Shown here: one piece after another, positions 49,931 through 59,920 of the stretch
Layout: every line of letters begins with the position of its first letter
How positions within the stretch are numbered: the first letter of the stretch is position 1
Assembly: GCA_050950825.1 (NCBI GenBank)
Contig: JBMNIH010000003.1
Span: 403,851 to 467,850, forward strand
DNA length: 64,000 nucleotides
Source: Clostridia bacterium
GTDB taxonomy: Bacteria; Bacillota; Clostridia; JAAYHZ01
Direction of reading: 5' to 3'
Notes under the pieces: generated by a model
What the model was told of the DNA's origin: nothing
Databases searched by the model: none
The model's input: the letters and a program-made list of their open reading frames with translations, nothing else
Position numbers and translations under genes: made by a program

Positions 49931-50665
49931 CTACAAAATCCAATTTTTTCGGATGCTTCGGCGGCACAAGAAAAAAAGAGTAACCGTAAAAAGAAACAGG
50001 ATAAAAACATTGAGCAAGGGATGAAAAGCGGAATTTCCCGTTACGGCACCGCGGATAAGGTCCGTCCCGTAGGTCAAGGGCAAGCAATACGACAAGGGTT
50101 TTAAAACACCGGGCAGCATGTCGACGGGTATAAACAGTCCGCATAAGAACAACATGGGGAATCGAAAAAAATTGGACAATGTTTGGGCTTCAAACACTTC
50201 CTTTGCAGATACGGCAATGAACAGGCCCAATAAAGCGGATGCTACGGCAATGAGGAAAACACCGGCAACCGCAGTCCCTTTGTCAATTCCGTTTAAAGGA
50301 ACGAAAAAGGCCGCAAACGCAACCGGAATAAAGGCGTTGATAAAGCCGAACAAAACGGCACCGAAAATTTTGGCAAAAACCAAGGTACCGATACCGATGG
50401 GAGCTACGAGCAGACGATCAAAGGAACGGCTTCTTTTTTCAAACGTAACGGTAACCGCCAACATGGAGGTTGTTCCGAATAACACGCTCATGGCCATTAA
50501 TCCCGGAAGAAGCTCCTCGATGCCTACGCTTCCTTTCGAACGAATCAGCTGCATCAAAGCCCAAGAAAGAGGAAAAAGAATACCCCAGCTGATATTAGGA
50601 GGCTTAAAGTAATAGGTTGTCATATCTTTTTTTAATATGCTCCAAAAGGCAATTGCCGTATCCAT
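49931..50665 (-). CDS. ABC-2 type exporter permease
   Basis: LLPGLMAM, FEKRSRSFDRLLVAPI, FLCGLFIP, PLTY. Confidence 0.88.
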   Translation of the reverse strand: MDTAIAFWSILKKDMTTYYFKPPNISWGILFPLSWALMQLIRSKGSVGIEELLPGLMAMSVLFGTTSMLAVTVTFEKRSRSFDRLLVAPIGIGTLVFAKIFGAVLFGFINAFIPVAFAAFFVPLNGIDKGTAVAGVFLIAVASALLGLFIAVSAKEVFEAQTLSNFFRFPMLFLCGLFIPVDMLPGVLKPLSYCLPLTYGTDLIRGAVTGNSAFHPLLNVFILFLFTVTLFFLCRRSIRKNWIL

Positions 50666-50666
50666 C

Positions 50667-51632
50667 CTATTTTCCCGCTCCTTCCTTTTCTTTTTTCAAA
50701 TTTGCTGCGTCCATCCCCGTTATTTTCACAAACACATCTTCCAATGAGGGTTTTATTTCCTTCGCTTCATAGACCGAGATTCCTTTTTGGTCAAGCAATT
50801 GAAGCACAGGGGATAAAGAAACTCGATCTTTGGATATCAATATGCAGGAATTTTCATCGGGAATCTCCGCCTTGCAGCTTCCGAAACGAGTTTCGATCTC
50901 TTCTTTTAACTCTTTTCTACTCTTATCAAGCTTAAGAATGATCTTATGCTCCGGTTCCGCCCTTTCCATCAATTCGGACAGCGAACCGATTTTTATGATT
51001 TTACCCTCTACAATAAAAGCGATTCGATCGCAGATCCGCTCCGCCTCTTCGATGTAGTGGGTGGTTAGGAACACGGTTTTACCGGAGCTTTTTAAATCAA
51101 CGATCCATTGTCGGATATGACGTGAGCTTTCCACGTCGATCCCCGTCGTAGGTTCGTCCAAAAACAAGAGCTTAGGATCGTGAATGATGCCGGCGGCAAT
51201 GGTCAGCTTTCTTTTCATTCCCTTGGAATAGGTTCGAAAAGGGCGCATCCCCGCTTTTTCCAAGCCAAACCGCACCAACAATTCCGCCGCCCTTCTTTCT
51301 CGCTCCTCTTTTTTTATACCGTAGAGGGAGGCGCAAAAACAAAGGTTGTCAAAACCGTTCATTTCATCGTACAGGTTGTTCTCATCCGGAACCACTCCGA
51401 TTATCTTTTGGACCTTTTTTATTTCCTTGATCCCGTCCATTCCGCCGACGGTAATCGATCCGAAGGAAGGCTTCGAAAGTCCGATCAGCATATTGATTAT
51501 GGACGTCTTTCCCGCTCCGTTAGGACCTAACAGGCCGAATACCTCACCTTCTTCGATACCAAAAGAGACGCCTTTTACCGCTTCCAAATCCCCGTAATTC
51601 TTTTTCAGATCGGTCACATTGACAAATTCCAT
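50667..51632 (-). CDS. ABC exporter ATP-binding protein
   Basis: GPNGAGKT, YSKGMKRKL, FLDEPTTGID, TTHYIEEA. Confidence 0.92.
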   Translation of the reverse strand: MEFVNVTDLKKNYGDLEAVKGVSFGIEEGEVFGLLGPNGAGKTSIINMLIGLSKPSFGSITVGGMDGIKEIKKVQKIIGVVPDENNLYDEMNGFDNLCFCASLYGIKKEERERRAAELLVRFGLEKAGMRPFRTYSKGMKRKLTIAAGIIHDPKLLFLDEPTTGIDVESSRHIRQWIVDLKSSGKTVFLTTHYIEEAERICDRIAFIVEGKIIKIGSLSELMERAEPEHKIILKLDKSRKELKEEIETRFGSCKAEIPDENSCILISKDRVSLSPVLQLLDQKGISVYEAKEIKPSLEDVFVKITGMDAANLKKEKEGAGK

Positions 51633-51639
51633 GCTTGTA

Positions 51640-52014
51640 TTAACACCTTTCTTCCGAATGTCCGTGGCATTGATGTTCGTTTCTATGTCTGCAGCAGATT
51701 TTCCCTTCGGAAGATCGGCATCCGGCCGTATCGGGATCGCACATTACTCGTTCCGTTGCCGCAAGCTCTTCCATTTTCAACGAAAGCTCACGTAAAACTT
51801 GTCGGTCCGGTTCGTAGTGCATAAAGTAGCCCTTTTTTACCCCTGTAAGAAGGCCGGCTTCTTTTAAAATTTTAATGTGCTGAGAAACGGCCGACTCGGA
51901 AAGGTTGAGTTTTCTTGATAATTCTCTTACGCAGCAATTTTGCTTTAACAGCAATAAAAAAATATTATACCGCGTTTCGTCGGCCAATGCTTTTAATACC
52001 TTTATGCTTTCCAT
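51640..52014 (-). CDS. ArsR/SmtB family regulator with Cys/His-rich tail
   Basis: KALADETR, CCVRELS, SAVSQHIKILKEAGL; tail C..C..CCRH..H.CH.H..C. Confidence 0.9.
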   Translation of the reverse strand: MESIKVLKALADETRYNIFLLLLKQNCCVRELSRKLNLSESAVSQHIKILKEAGLLTGVKKGYFMHYEPDRQVLRELSLKMEELAATERVMCDPDTAGCRSSEGKICCRHRNEHQCHGHSEERC

Positions 52015-52033
52015 GAGAAACCTCCTTTAATTG

Positions 52034-52092
52034 AATTAAGTATGTGCTTAATTAAATTGTACTTTTATTTTCAATTAAGTCAATACTAAATT
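52034..52092 (-). promoter_or_regulatory. Promoter with two ArsR-type palindromic operators
   Basis: AATTAAG-N6-CTTAATT (52034-52053) and AATTAAG-N6-CTAAATT (52073-52092) around TTGACT-16-TACAAT. Confidence 0.65.
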
Positions 52093-52126
52093 AAAAGGAG
52101 GTAAAAACAAAAATTTTGCATGAATT

Positions 52127-52768
52127 TTATTGAAAAGTGAGGACACCCGTTTTGACATTGTATGTATATCGACCGGTGAATTCATCCCCGTCTTCTTTTA
52201 TCCAGCGAAAATCCACAATGACCGTTTCCGAATCCTTCCATTCCGTGATTTCCAAATACGGGTCCGGTCGGTCTTGGTGAGGCTTTGCTTCTTCGCCGAA
52301 ATGAGATGCCAAATCGGCTAGCTTCGGAAGATTAATTTCCTTTTTGTCCTTTGCATCCGCAACAACGCTTTCTCCCCAAATACGGTACGTAAAATATATG
52401 CCTACGTATCGGCTGTCGGAAGACCACAAAAACTTTACCGTATAGCCTCCGGGCTCCTTATTCCATAAAACCTCTTCGCTTTTGACGTCAATAACGCGTA
52501 CTCCTTCATAAGGGAAAAAGCCTCCCGCCGTTATATCCGTTAGGGTACCGTAGGCTTCGGCACGATATTTCCCGTCGGGGGATAACAATACCATCGTTTC
52601 GTTTTGAGGAATATTTTCTTGAACGGAACTTTCCGTCTCTTTCGGACTTGTCCGGGACGAAGATTCATATTTCGAATCCGCCCCCATCGAGCAACCGGAA
52701 ATGATTAAAACAACGATTAGCAATAGGATAAAAACCGTACTTATTTTGAAGACATACTTATTTATCAT
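52127..52768 (-). CDS. Hypothetical lipoprotein
   Basis: Lipobox ISGC; SPDGKY and WSSDSRY propeller-like motifs. Confidence 0.75.
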   Translation of the reverse strand: MINKYVFKISTVFILLLIVVLIISGCSMGADSKYESSSRTSPKETESSVQENIPQNETMVLLSPDGKYRAEAYGTLTDITAGGFFPYEGVRVIDVKSEEVLWNKEPGGYTVKFLWSSDSRYVGIYFTYRIWGESVVADAKDKKEINLPKLADLASHFGEEAKPHQDRPDPYLEITEWKDSETVIVDFRWIKEDGDEFTGRYTYNVKTGVLTFQ

Positions 52769-52786
52769 TTTCTGCTTACCTCCCCT

Positions 52787-53455
52787 TTATTTTTGCCACA
52801 CCAGCAAATACCTCCAAAAAAGCTTTCGCCGAACCCTTGCCGTGGGTATATGTTTTTTCACAAGTCTTTTGATTTCATCCAAAGTCATATAGACATCATG
52901 CTTTCCGTGTCTTTCCCATATTCTTCTTGTGTGCTCGTCATCTTTTTTAAGCCTGCCGTTGATTAGAAGATTCATAAGGATATTCGGGAAGAAAGCGCTT
53001 CCCCAAAGGATATGGTCCGTAAGAGATTTTGCTTCTGCAAGGTCTAATACAATGAGTTTACCGCCTTTTCGAAGCTTTTCTTTGGCCAAATTCAATAGCC
53101 ATTCATAAGGCAAATGGTGCGCCGTAGCCGACGTGATAATAACATCCAAGCTTTCGTTTTCGAAATGCATTTCGAGGATATTTCCGCATAGATACTCGAT
53201 GTTTTCTTTCGGATACAGCTTTTTCGCCTTTTCAATCATTTTTTCCGCCAAATCCACGGCAATGACCTTTCGGCATTTTTGTGCCATCATGAAGGAAAGC
53301 TTTCCTTTGCCGCAGCCGATATCGAGACCGGTACCCGAGTTCTCCGGAGCAAGGTTGATCAGCTGTTTGTAATAGCAATCGTTGTGGTTCCATTTGGGGT
53401 CCTCAAGCTCGGCGATTTCATTAAAATCGTTTTTTACAAGCGTATAATCTTCCAT
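52787..53455 (-). CDS. Class I SAM-dependent methyltransferase
   Basis: LDIGCGKG, AVDLAEKMI, AHHL, LRKGGKL. Confidence 0.88.
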   Translation of the reverse strand: MEDYTLVKNDFNEIAELEDPKWNHNDCYYKQLINLAPENSGTGLDIGCGKGKLSFMMAQKCRKVIAVDLAEKMIEKAKKLYPKENIEYLCGNILEMHFENESLDVIITSATAHHLPYEWLLNLAKEKLRKGGKLIVLDLAEAKSLTDHILWGSAFFPNILMNLLINGRLKKDDEHTRRIWERHGKHDVYMTLDEIKRLVKKHIPTARVRRKLFWRYLLVWQK

Positions 53456-53479
53456 ATGCCTTCCTCTCAAAACAAAGAT

Positions 53480-53836
53480 CTATATTCCAAAATGTATTAC
53501 ATGTTTGTTTTTTACGATCCCTTCCGTTATTTTATCAATTAGATACTGTAGCTCTTTTGATTTAAAGCGGCTATTGGCCTTTATTACAACATCACGAAAA
53601 CGGTTGAGGGATTCCGGAGGAATAATCGTTACGCCGCAATAATCAAGCCCGGCACCTTTTTGTGTCGCAATCTGAAAATACGTCTTGATTTCCATGAATT
53701 CCGTGTGATATTGATCCAATAACATTTCTATAATATCGTCACTGACGGAAATACAGTCGTATTTTTCAGGCTCGTAAACATTGTACCATATGTTTTCGTC
53801 AAATGAATCCATGATTCCGAACTCATGCTTCGCCAT
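53480..53836 (-). CDS. Hypothetical protein
   Basis: 118-aa ORF with RBS; HEFGI...GLDYCGVTIIPPESL...HFGI. Confidence 0.75.
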   Translation of the reverse strand: MAKHEFGIMDSFDENIWYNVYEPEKYDCISVSDDIIEMLLDQYHTEFMEIKTYFQIATQKGAGLDYCGVTIIPPESLNRFRDVVIKANSRFKSKELQYLIDKITEGIVKNKHVIHFGI

Positions 53837-54024
53837 AAAATCACCGCCTTAACTTGCTATCGGCTTCCAATCCCGGAAGAAGAAAATGATTCATCCAAAG
53901 CTCTTACCCTTTAAGAATCTTATCCTCCTATAATACGGCTTTTCGGTAAGCCCGTAAACAAGCCTTTACAGGGTATATAAAAATATTATTCTCGGGATGA
54001 CAACATATATCAACTATAATCAAT

Positions 54025-54556
54025 TCATAAACCAAGATAATCTGCCCATCCGTTCATCTCAAATCTTTTCAGAGATTTTTTATATTGTTCATTAAATGTA
54101 TCTTGGGTTGGGTACTTTAGTGTTCTATTAATTTGATTAAAAATAACATTTGCTTCACTTCTTTTTATGTCTCCAAAATACACACATAAAGCCAAAAGAT
54201 TTTTATGTGTCAAGGTGATAAACTCATCTAACCATTTAAATTCATGCCTCCGCATAACCGGCACATTCACTTTCTCCCGGTCCAATTACTTTTTTCTTCT
54301 CTTCTATGATAAATTTTGCCGGTAAATCGATACATTTATCTTTTTTCCTGTCTAACAGCCTATATATACTTCCATCCTTATGGATAGCATTATAAATAAC
54401 ATGAAAATGAATCCCTGCATTTTTCTTTATTTCAACATCATATACATATTGCGGCACAATTATTTCTTTGAAAAGCAATTCTAAAATTTCCAACCTGTTA
54501 ACCTTAGCTAAATTTATAAGGATATCGGCATCAGATATGGCTCCGATATATCTCAT
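54025..54556 (-). pseudogene. PIN-domain (DUF3368-like) nuclease, disrupted by frameshift/deletion
   Basis: ISDADILINL, IIVPQYVYDVE, GPGESEC; frame changes at ~54243 (GCA TGA vs GAA TTT AAA TGG) and continues as EFKWLDEF. Confidence 0.7.
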
Positions 54557-54557
54557 T

Positions 54558-55349
54558 TTAATAATCTTCTTCTCCGGGATTCTCATATCCAAATTGTTCA
54601 GGAGTTAGGTTAATAAATTCGAGACTCCTTTTCAAGTTTTTGTATGAGATATTCCCTCTTTCGTAATTGGCTTTTAAATACTCTACATATACTTTTGGTA
54701 TATACGTTTCTTTTGATTTTTTAATCAAATCCGTGCTATATCCTTCTCGTTCAGTTAAAGATTGGAGTCGTTCCACATTTTTCAAAGAACATATATCTAA
54801 AAGCTCATCATATTTGTCAAAAGAACATAAATCCAGTTGGATTAGCCTTTTTAACATGGCCTTGTAACTAACTTTAAAATATTGCTGCATCCTAATAATG
54901 TGTCTTGGTACAACACTATATTTGTCAACGTTAGCAATCTTATAAAAAACTTCTTTTACATAGTCTTCAGGCATTAAAAATTCGGATGCAAATACATAAG
55001 CACAATCTTCTTCCTCTTTATACTTTTCAGTATTTATCAATATTTTTTCTTTTTTTAAAATATCAGCATTATAAATCAAATGATATAATTCATGGGCACC
55101 GGTAAAGCGCTCATGGCCTAATGTAAAATTACTATTTAAAAAAACAATAAACTGATCTTCAAAATAGGTGCTAAACCCCGATAACCCTTCTATATCTAAT
55201 GGTTTTCTTATTAAAAACGAGACTTCCGATAGAATGTCAAATATATCGGAAAGACCTTTTCTGGCAAACTTCATCCTTTCATTTTCCGCTAATTCTTTTA
55301 TTTGTAATCTGAAAGATTCTTTGGGAATTTTTAGTTCGATATATTGCAA
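54558..55349 (-). CDS. ImmA/IrrE family Zn metallopeptidase
   Basis: ERFTGAHELYH, FASEFLMP, FKVSYKAMLKRL; start TTG approximate. Confidence 0.9.
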   Translation of the reverse strand: MQYIELKIPKESFRLQIKELAENERMKFARKGLSDIFDILSEVSFLIRKPLDIEGLSGFSTYFEDQFIVFLNSNFTLGHERFTGAHELYHLIYNADILKKEKILINTEKYKEEEDCAYVFASEFLMPEDYVKEVFYKIANVDKYSVVPRHIIRMQQYFKVSYKAMLKRLIQLDLCSFDKYDELLDICSLKNVERLQSLTEREGYSTDLIKKSKETYIPKVYVEYLKANYERGNISYKNLKRSLEFINLTPEQFGYENPGEEDY

Positions 55350-55354
55350 TATTT

Positions 55355-55744
55355 CTAACACTCCTTCCACATAGGATTTCTCTTTTGAGGTTTAAATTCT
55401 CCATAGTATATTTTCTTTTGATAAATAAAAATTTTCGCCATCTCCTGAAGTTCTTCTAATGCTTCTAACTCTTTTTCCGATAAGTTTCTCTTTCTAAAAA
55501 GAGTAACTAAATCATCTTCTTCATATTCTTCAAAAAGCGAGTTAATATCAATATTTAGAACCTTGCATAATGCATTCAACTCCACAGCCGACACGGTTCT
55601 GTTACCGTTTTCAATTTTACTTAATGTTTCTCTGCTCATATTAATACCTTGTTCCGTAATCTTTTCGACAACTTCCGACTGACTTAAATTCAATTCTTCT
55701 CTGAAGGATTTAATTTTCAGTCCAAGAGAAATATTTTTATTCAT
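55355..55744 (-). CDS. XRE family HTH regulator
   Basis: IKSFREELNLSQ, SRETLSKIENGNR, LCKVLNI. Confidence 0.92.
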   Translation of the reverse strand: MNKNISLGLKIKSFREELNLSQSEVVEKITEQGINMSRETLSKIENGNRTVSAVELNALCKVLNIDINSLFEEYEEDDLVTLFRKRNLSEKELEALEELQEMAKIFIYQKKIYYGEFKPQKRNPMWKEC

Positions 55745-55761
55745 TATATCTCCTCCTTTCT

Positions 55762-55799
55762 TGTAACATTATATTACATTTTCTAAGGAATCGTGTCAA
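55762..55799 (-). promoter_or_regulatory. Promoter and palindromic operator for the xre-immA-PIN unit
   Basis: TTGACA-17-TAATAT; TGTAACATTATATTACA palindrome overlaps the -10. Confidence 0.45.
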
Positions 55800-55926
55800 T
55801 ATTTTAACCGATCTTGTAACAATTTATACCAGTTTTAATGATCTTCAATATGGCTTTTATACTTTATCATTCATCTTACTAAACAACAGAAACCATCTAC
55901 CGGCTTTGTACAAGCTTTACGCATCG

Positions 55927-56640
55927 CTATAAAATTTCCGATAAAAAACTTCGCAATACTTGTCTTAGTTCTTTATCATGGGTTAACCAAATATAATGTG
56001 CGGCATCCTCGATCATCACAAAACGAGCATAAGGCATCAAATTGGCAAGCTGTTCCGCCGGCCGGCTCGGCCTTATATCCTTCGATCCGTAAACAAAAAG
56101 AGCGGGAACGGTTAAATCCGCGATTCTTTTTAAAAGCATGGGATGCCGTATGTACTTTTGCCAGGACTTGTTGCCTAATTTATTCACCGTTTCGTTTCCC
56201 GGATACCTCATCGTTGGCATTTGCTCGCCAATCTCGTTTTTGTTTTTATGGTATTCCTCCGACCATTCCCGATTTCTTTGGACTCCGTTTCCACTGATAT
56301 ACAACAAAGCTTTTGTTTTTAGGGGATATTGAAGAGCATACGCAAGTGCAAGATTGGCACCCTAAGAATGGCCTCCTACAATCCATTGATCGATTCCATA
56401 GAACCTCCTTATGTATTCCAAATCCGAAACGCAGGTTTCGACGTCGCAGCTGTAATCGATTGTCGAGCGCCCGCAGCCCCTTTGCTCAAACCGTATAACC
56501 GCCGCCATATCGTCCGTCATTTCCGCTACCGGGCTTAAAAATAATCCGCCATGCCGGGACCTCCGTTGCACAGCATGATAAAGTTGTCTTTACAATGCCC
56601 GGTTTATTTCGGTCCAAAGCTTTATGCCGCCAATGTCCAC
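55927..56640 (-). pseudogene. Alpha/beta hydrolase (proline iminopeptidase-like), fragmented
   Basis: Pieces NGGPG, FEQRGCGRS, GGHS*GANLA (TAG at the usual Trp position) and GSKDIRP...AAHYIW lie in different frames. Confidence 0.75.
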
Positions 56641-56690
56641 GTAATTCTCCATTTAAAAATACCTTCGCTTTAAAGCCTTTATTCCGAAAT

Positions 56691-57251
56691 CTACCGGTCC
56701 ACGACCTCTTGTCGTCTCATCGATTCAAAAAACTCTTTGAGATTATCGGGAAGCTCATATTTTTCTTCGTTTTGACGGGTATCCTCGAGCCTTTCGTTTC
56801 CGTATATCTCTTTTAATACGGCATCGATTATCATGGCTTTAGGAGGAACGTTGTACTCTTTGCCCTTGTATACCCATACCCTGCAGTCCGTTTCACTACC
56901 GCACAAATCACCGCAGGATTCACAAAGAGACTCTTTGATTTCAGGTTGTATGTCCTTCCCGTTAATGCGGATTGTAGGCGAGCTTTTAAAACGGTATCGT
57001 ATAGCCGTTTCTTCGTTATCAATATGAATTTTATTCACTAAAAATTCCGTTCCCGTCGGCACAAGTACCTTGGCTATGTCGGAAATCGCCTCTTCAAGAA
57101 CATCCTCCGTACCGCAGCATCTTGTACAAGCATTCAGATCCAAATACAAAAAATCAACGACGACTCTCTTTTTTTCCGTTAAGTCCATTTGACAATCACA
57201 CCCACAGTTCGTACTGCAGCAATTGCTTTTTTGAGGTTCGCAGCATTTCAT
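56691..57251 (-). CDS. DUF2703 domain Cys-rich thioredoxin-like protein
   Basis: FLYLDLNACTRCCGT, SSPTIRING.DI, CESC, CRVW; GGAGG RBS before MKCCEP. Confidence 0.85.
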   Translation of the reverse strand: MKCCEPQKSNCCSTNCGCDCQMDLTEKKRVVVDFLYLDLNACTRCCGTEDVLEEAISDIAKVLVPTGTEFLVNKIHIDNEETAIRYRFKSSPTIRINGKDIQPEIKESLCESCGDLCGSETDCRVWVYKGKEYNVPPKAMIIDAVLKEIYGNERLEDTRQNEEKYELPDNLKEFFESMRRQEVVDR

Positions 57252-57447
57252 GATAAAACCTCCGAGAATGAATAAGCTTTCGACTTGGTTATTCTTCACT
57301 ATTCGTATCGTATCCTTCACGACCTGTTTTATTCCGCTTTTTTCCCATCCGAAACCCAAGAGAAATTTCCTCACTTTTGCAAAAATTTTTCCCCAGGCAC
57401 CGGTGGTGAAATTTTATGTCAACCCCAGCAACTTTAGCAGCAAAATC

Positions 57448-58173
57448 TCATATGTTTAGTGCTGATTCCCGTAGCCTGTTGCTTTGACCGGGAAACAGCA
57501 GCAGGTGGCAGTGGTGGAGTAGCCGGTCGATGATAGCTCCAGTCATCTGCTCGTCATAGAACACATTTACCCATCTTGAAAACTCTATATTGGTATTGAT
57601 AATTACCGATTTACGCTCATAACACTCTGATATTACTTCAAACAAAAGCTGCGCACCTACACGGTCAAGAGGGACATAACCCCACTCATCACAGATCAAT
57701 AGATCGGCCTTATTAAGTGTTTTTAGAAAAGCAGATAAACTCCCGGCTTTCTTTTGCTCCGCCAACTTGTTCACAAGGGCTGATGTCCTGAAAAACCTAA
57801 CCTCTAAACCCTTCTTACACGCTTCCACTCCTAAGGCTATGGAAAGATGCGTCTTCCCGGTTCCAACGTTGCCATACATGACAATGTTGGTCTTGTTTGC
57901 GATAAATTCACATTCTTTAAGGTATTCCGGAGTAACACCGCTGGGAAGAGTTACTTCATCAAACCTAAAGCTTTCAAAGGTCTTTATGGTATAAAAACCA
58001 GCCTTTTTTAGCAACTTATCCCTCCTTGCTTTTTCACGGTGTGTTATCTCCGCTTGAAGAAGTTTAAGCAGATACTCCTGATGGCTGTCTGCCTGGATCT
58101 TCACCGACATTTCCACGATGTTTTTGCTTAAACGAAGCCTCTTACAGCAAGAAGCAATATCATACTCTAACAT
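57448..58173 (-). CDS. istB: IS21 helper ATPase IstB
   Basis: GNVGTGKTHL, LLICDEWGY, YERKS.IINTN, AIIDRLLHH. Confidence 0.95.
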   Translation of the reverse strand: MLEYDIASCCKRLRLSKNIVEMSVKIQADSHQEYLLKLLQAEITHREKARRDKLLKKAGFYTIKTFESFRFDEVTLPSGVTPEYLKECEFIANKTNIVMYGNVGTGKTHLSIALGVEACKKGLEVRFFRTSALVNKLAEQKKAGSLSAFLKTLNKADLLICDEWGYVPLDRVGAQLLFEVISECYERKSVIINTNIEFSRWVNVFYDEQMTGAIIDRLLHHCHLLLFPGQSNRLRESALNI

Positions 58174-59693
58174 CCCTTTACACCTGCCTTCCCAAGACAT
58201 TTGTCATAGGCTATAAAGTTAGGCTCGTACCTTTTTAGATTTGGTATATGTTCAGGCAGACGCACTGGTTCAAGCTGCAGTGCTTTTTCATGCAGCCGGC
58301 TGTGTAGATTTATTAAACTATCTACATCAGTAACTCCATAGGATAGTGCAGCACGAATGGTCTCAACCGCTTTTTCAAAGCTGCTCCTTTGTGTCAGGTC
58401 GGCAATTGTTCTTAACACTTTCCCTTTTTCTTGCTTGCTTAAATCCTCCATATACTCTTTTATGGGCTGCGGCAACATATGATAAACACCTGTGTATTTC
58501 AACGCGCCCGGCCTTCGTGCCAACAGATTAAGATACGGCAACCACTGCATGCTTTGTTGCTTATAGTTACCGTAGAGCCTTTCATGACGCACTATCTCCC
58601 GATAGCTTTCATCAAGCACTGTTACATGAAAGGCAGTCAGCCTGACCAGTACATATTTGTTTGCGAATTTAGGCGCTGAGGAATATTCGTGCAGGCCTTT
58701 GTTGAGCAAAAATTTGCCATATCCGTTTGTCTTCACTGTTATGTATTTGCTTGTATCAAAAGCTGTTTTGGGCAGTTCCAGAAGGGCTGTTTTATCGTCT
58801 CTGTATAGCTCTTCGATCGTCCCGTTCTTTCGGTAATGCGTCCTTTTGGCATCTTCTTCACACCTTCTCAGGAGTTCTTCATTGAATTCACTGATGTCTT
58901 CAAAACGTGGTACCGGTACCAGCATGTTTCTCCTATGATAGCCAACCTTGTTCTCCACATTGCCTTTTTCATGTCCGGCATCTACATTACAGAAGGCCGC
59001 TTCGAAACGGTAATGTTCCATGAAACGCATGAAGTCATCTGTCAGATTCCTGCCTCCGCCTTTTATTACCTTAGCTACTATGGTGCTGGCATTATCAAAC
59101 CATATCCTTGGCGGCACTCCTCCTATGTGCTCAAATATTGCCTTCAAACCCTCGAACAGGCATTCTTGGTTCTCTCCTTTGAATAGCTGAGTATATCCCT
59201 TGTTGCTGTGTGGAAATGATAAAGTCAGACTTTTCCCTCTGTAGTGCCTGCCATTTTCATAAAAGTCAGCATCGCCAAAGTCTGCCTGAGCCTCACCAGG
59301 TGTATGCTCTAATGGCAGAAATCCTTCTTTTGCGCTGAATATCTCTTTTTTCTTTACAGCTACATATCCCGCTACAGTCCTGTAGGAACAGTTGAAGCCT
59401 TCTCCGTACTTTTCCACCAGCCGGTCGTATATTCGTTTTGCTGTGTGTCTTTGCTTGCGCCTGGCCTTTTTATCCTCGTTTAGCCATGCATCAATGTCAT
59501 GCTTGTATGGATCAAGTTTCGGAAAGGCATTTTCCTTCTTCACTTTCGGCAGTTCCTGATTCCAGTCCTCTTTGTCAAGATATGCCCTTACCGTTTTGCG
59601 GTCATGGCCGGTTTCTCTGGCTATCTCGCTGATATTTTTCCCTTCCTCAAAATACATTTTTCTGATATCCTTGATTTGGGTCATTGATAGCAT
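58167..59693 (-). CDS. istA: IS21 transposase IstA
   Basis: N-terminal HTH, RKQRHTAKRI, PGEAQADFG, FDN, EKGNVENKVG. Confidence 0.95.
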   Translation of the reverse strand: MLSMTQIKDIRKMYFEEGKNISEIARETGHDRKTVRAYLDKEDWNQELPKVKKENAFPKLDPYKHDIDAWLNEDKKARRKQRHTAKRIYDRLVEKYGEGFNCSYRTVAGYVAVKKKEIFSAKEGFLPLEHTPGEAQADFGDADFYENGRHYRGKSLTLSFPHSNKGYTQLFKGENQECLFEGLKAIFEHIGGVPPRIWFDNASTIVAKVIKGGGRNLTDDFMRFMEHYRFEAAFCNVDAGHEKGNVENKVGYHRRNMLVPVPRFEDISEFNEELLRRCEEDAKRTHYRKNGTIEELYRDDKTALLELPKTAFDTSKYITVKTNGYGKFLLNKGLHEYSSAPKFANKYVLVRLTAFHVTVLDESYREIVRHERLYGNYKQQSMQWLPYLNLLARRPGALKYTGVYHMLPQPIKEYMEDLSKQEKGKVLRTIADLTQRSSFEKAVETIRAALSYGVTDVDSLINLHSRLHEKALQLEPVRLPEHIPNLKRYEPNFIAYDKCLGKAGVKGC

Positions 59694-59920
59694 CCTCCAA
59701 TCCTCCTTGTAACTGATTTTGTCATCAATCACAAGGATATTATGTTGGTGTGGTGCCTTCAATGGCCTTTTGCAATTATGAGGAAATCATCGTTGCAAAA
59801 CTGGGGAAATTTTTTTGCAACTTCGTCCGTTTTTATTATGCAATAAATAGCTTCCGTACTCGAATTTAACTATATAATACTTTTTATGCCGTTTTGAAAA
59901 GGCATTTTGTTCTACCTTGC

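Larger units (their letters stand above)
57357..59849 (-). mobile_element. IS21 family insertion sequence (istAB)
   Basis: istA and istB plus subterminal repeats TTGCAAAAA..TTTCCCCA and ATTTCCTCA..TTGCA inverted at both ends; lower boundary approximate. Confidence 0.85.

Noticed and set aside
54235-54255. Programmed frameshift or readthrough in the PIN gene
   Set aside because: No slippery heptamer, and conserved residues appear missing, which fits a deletion better
53935-55925. Loose direct repeat ACAAGC(C)TTTAC flanking the Xre-ImmA-PIN module as att sites
   Set aside because: Only about 11 bp and imperfect, with no integrase nearby; may be chance
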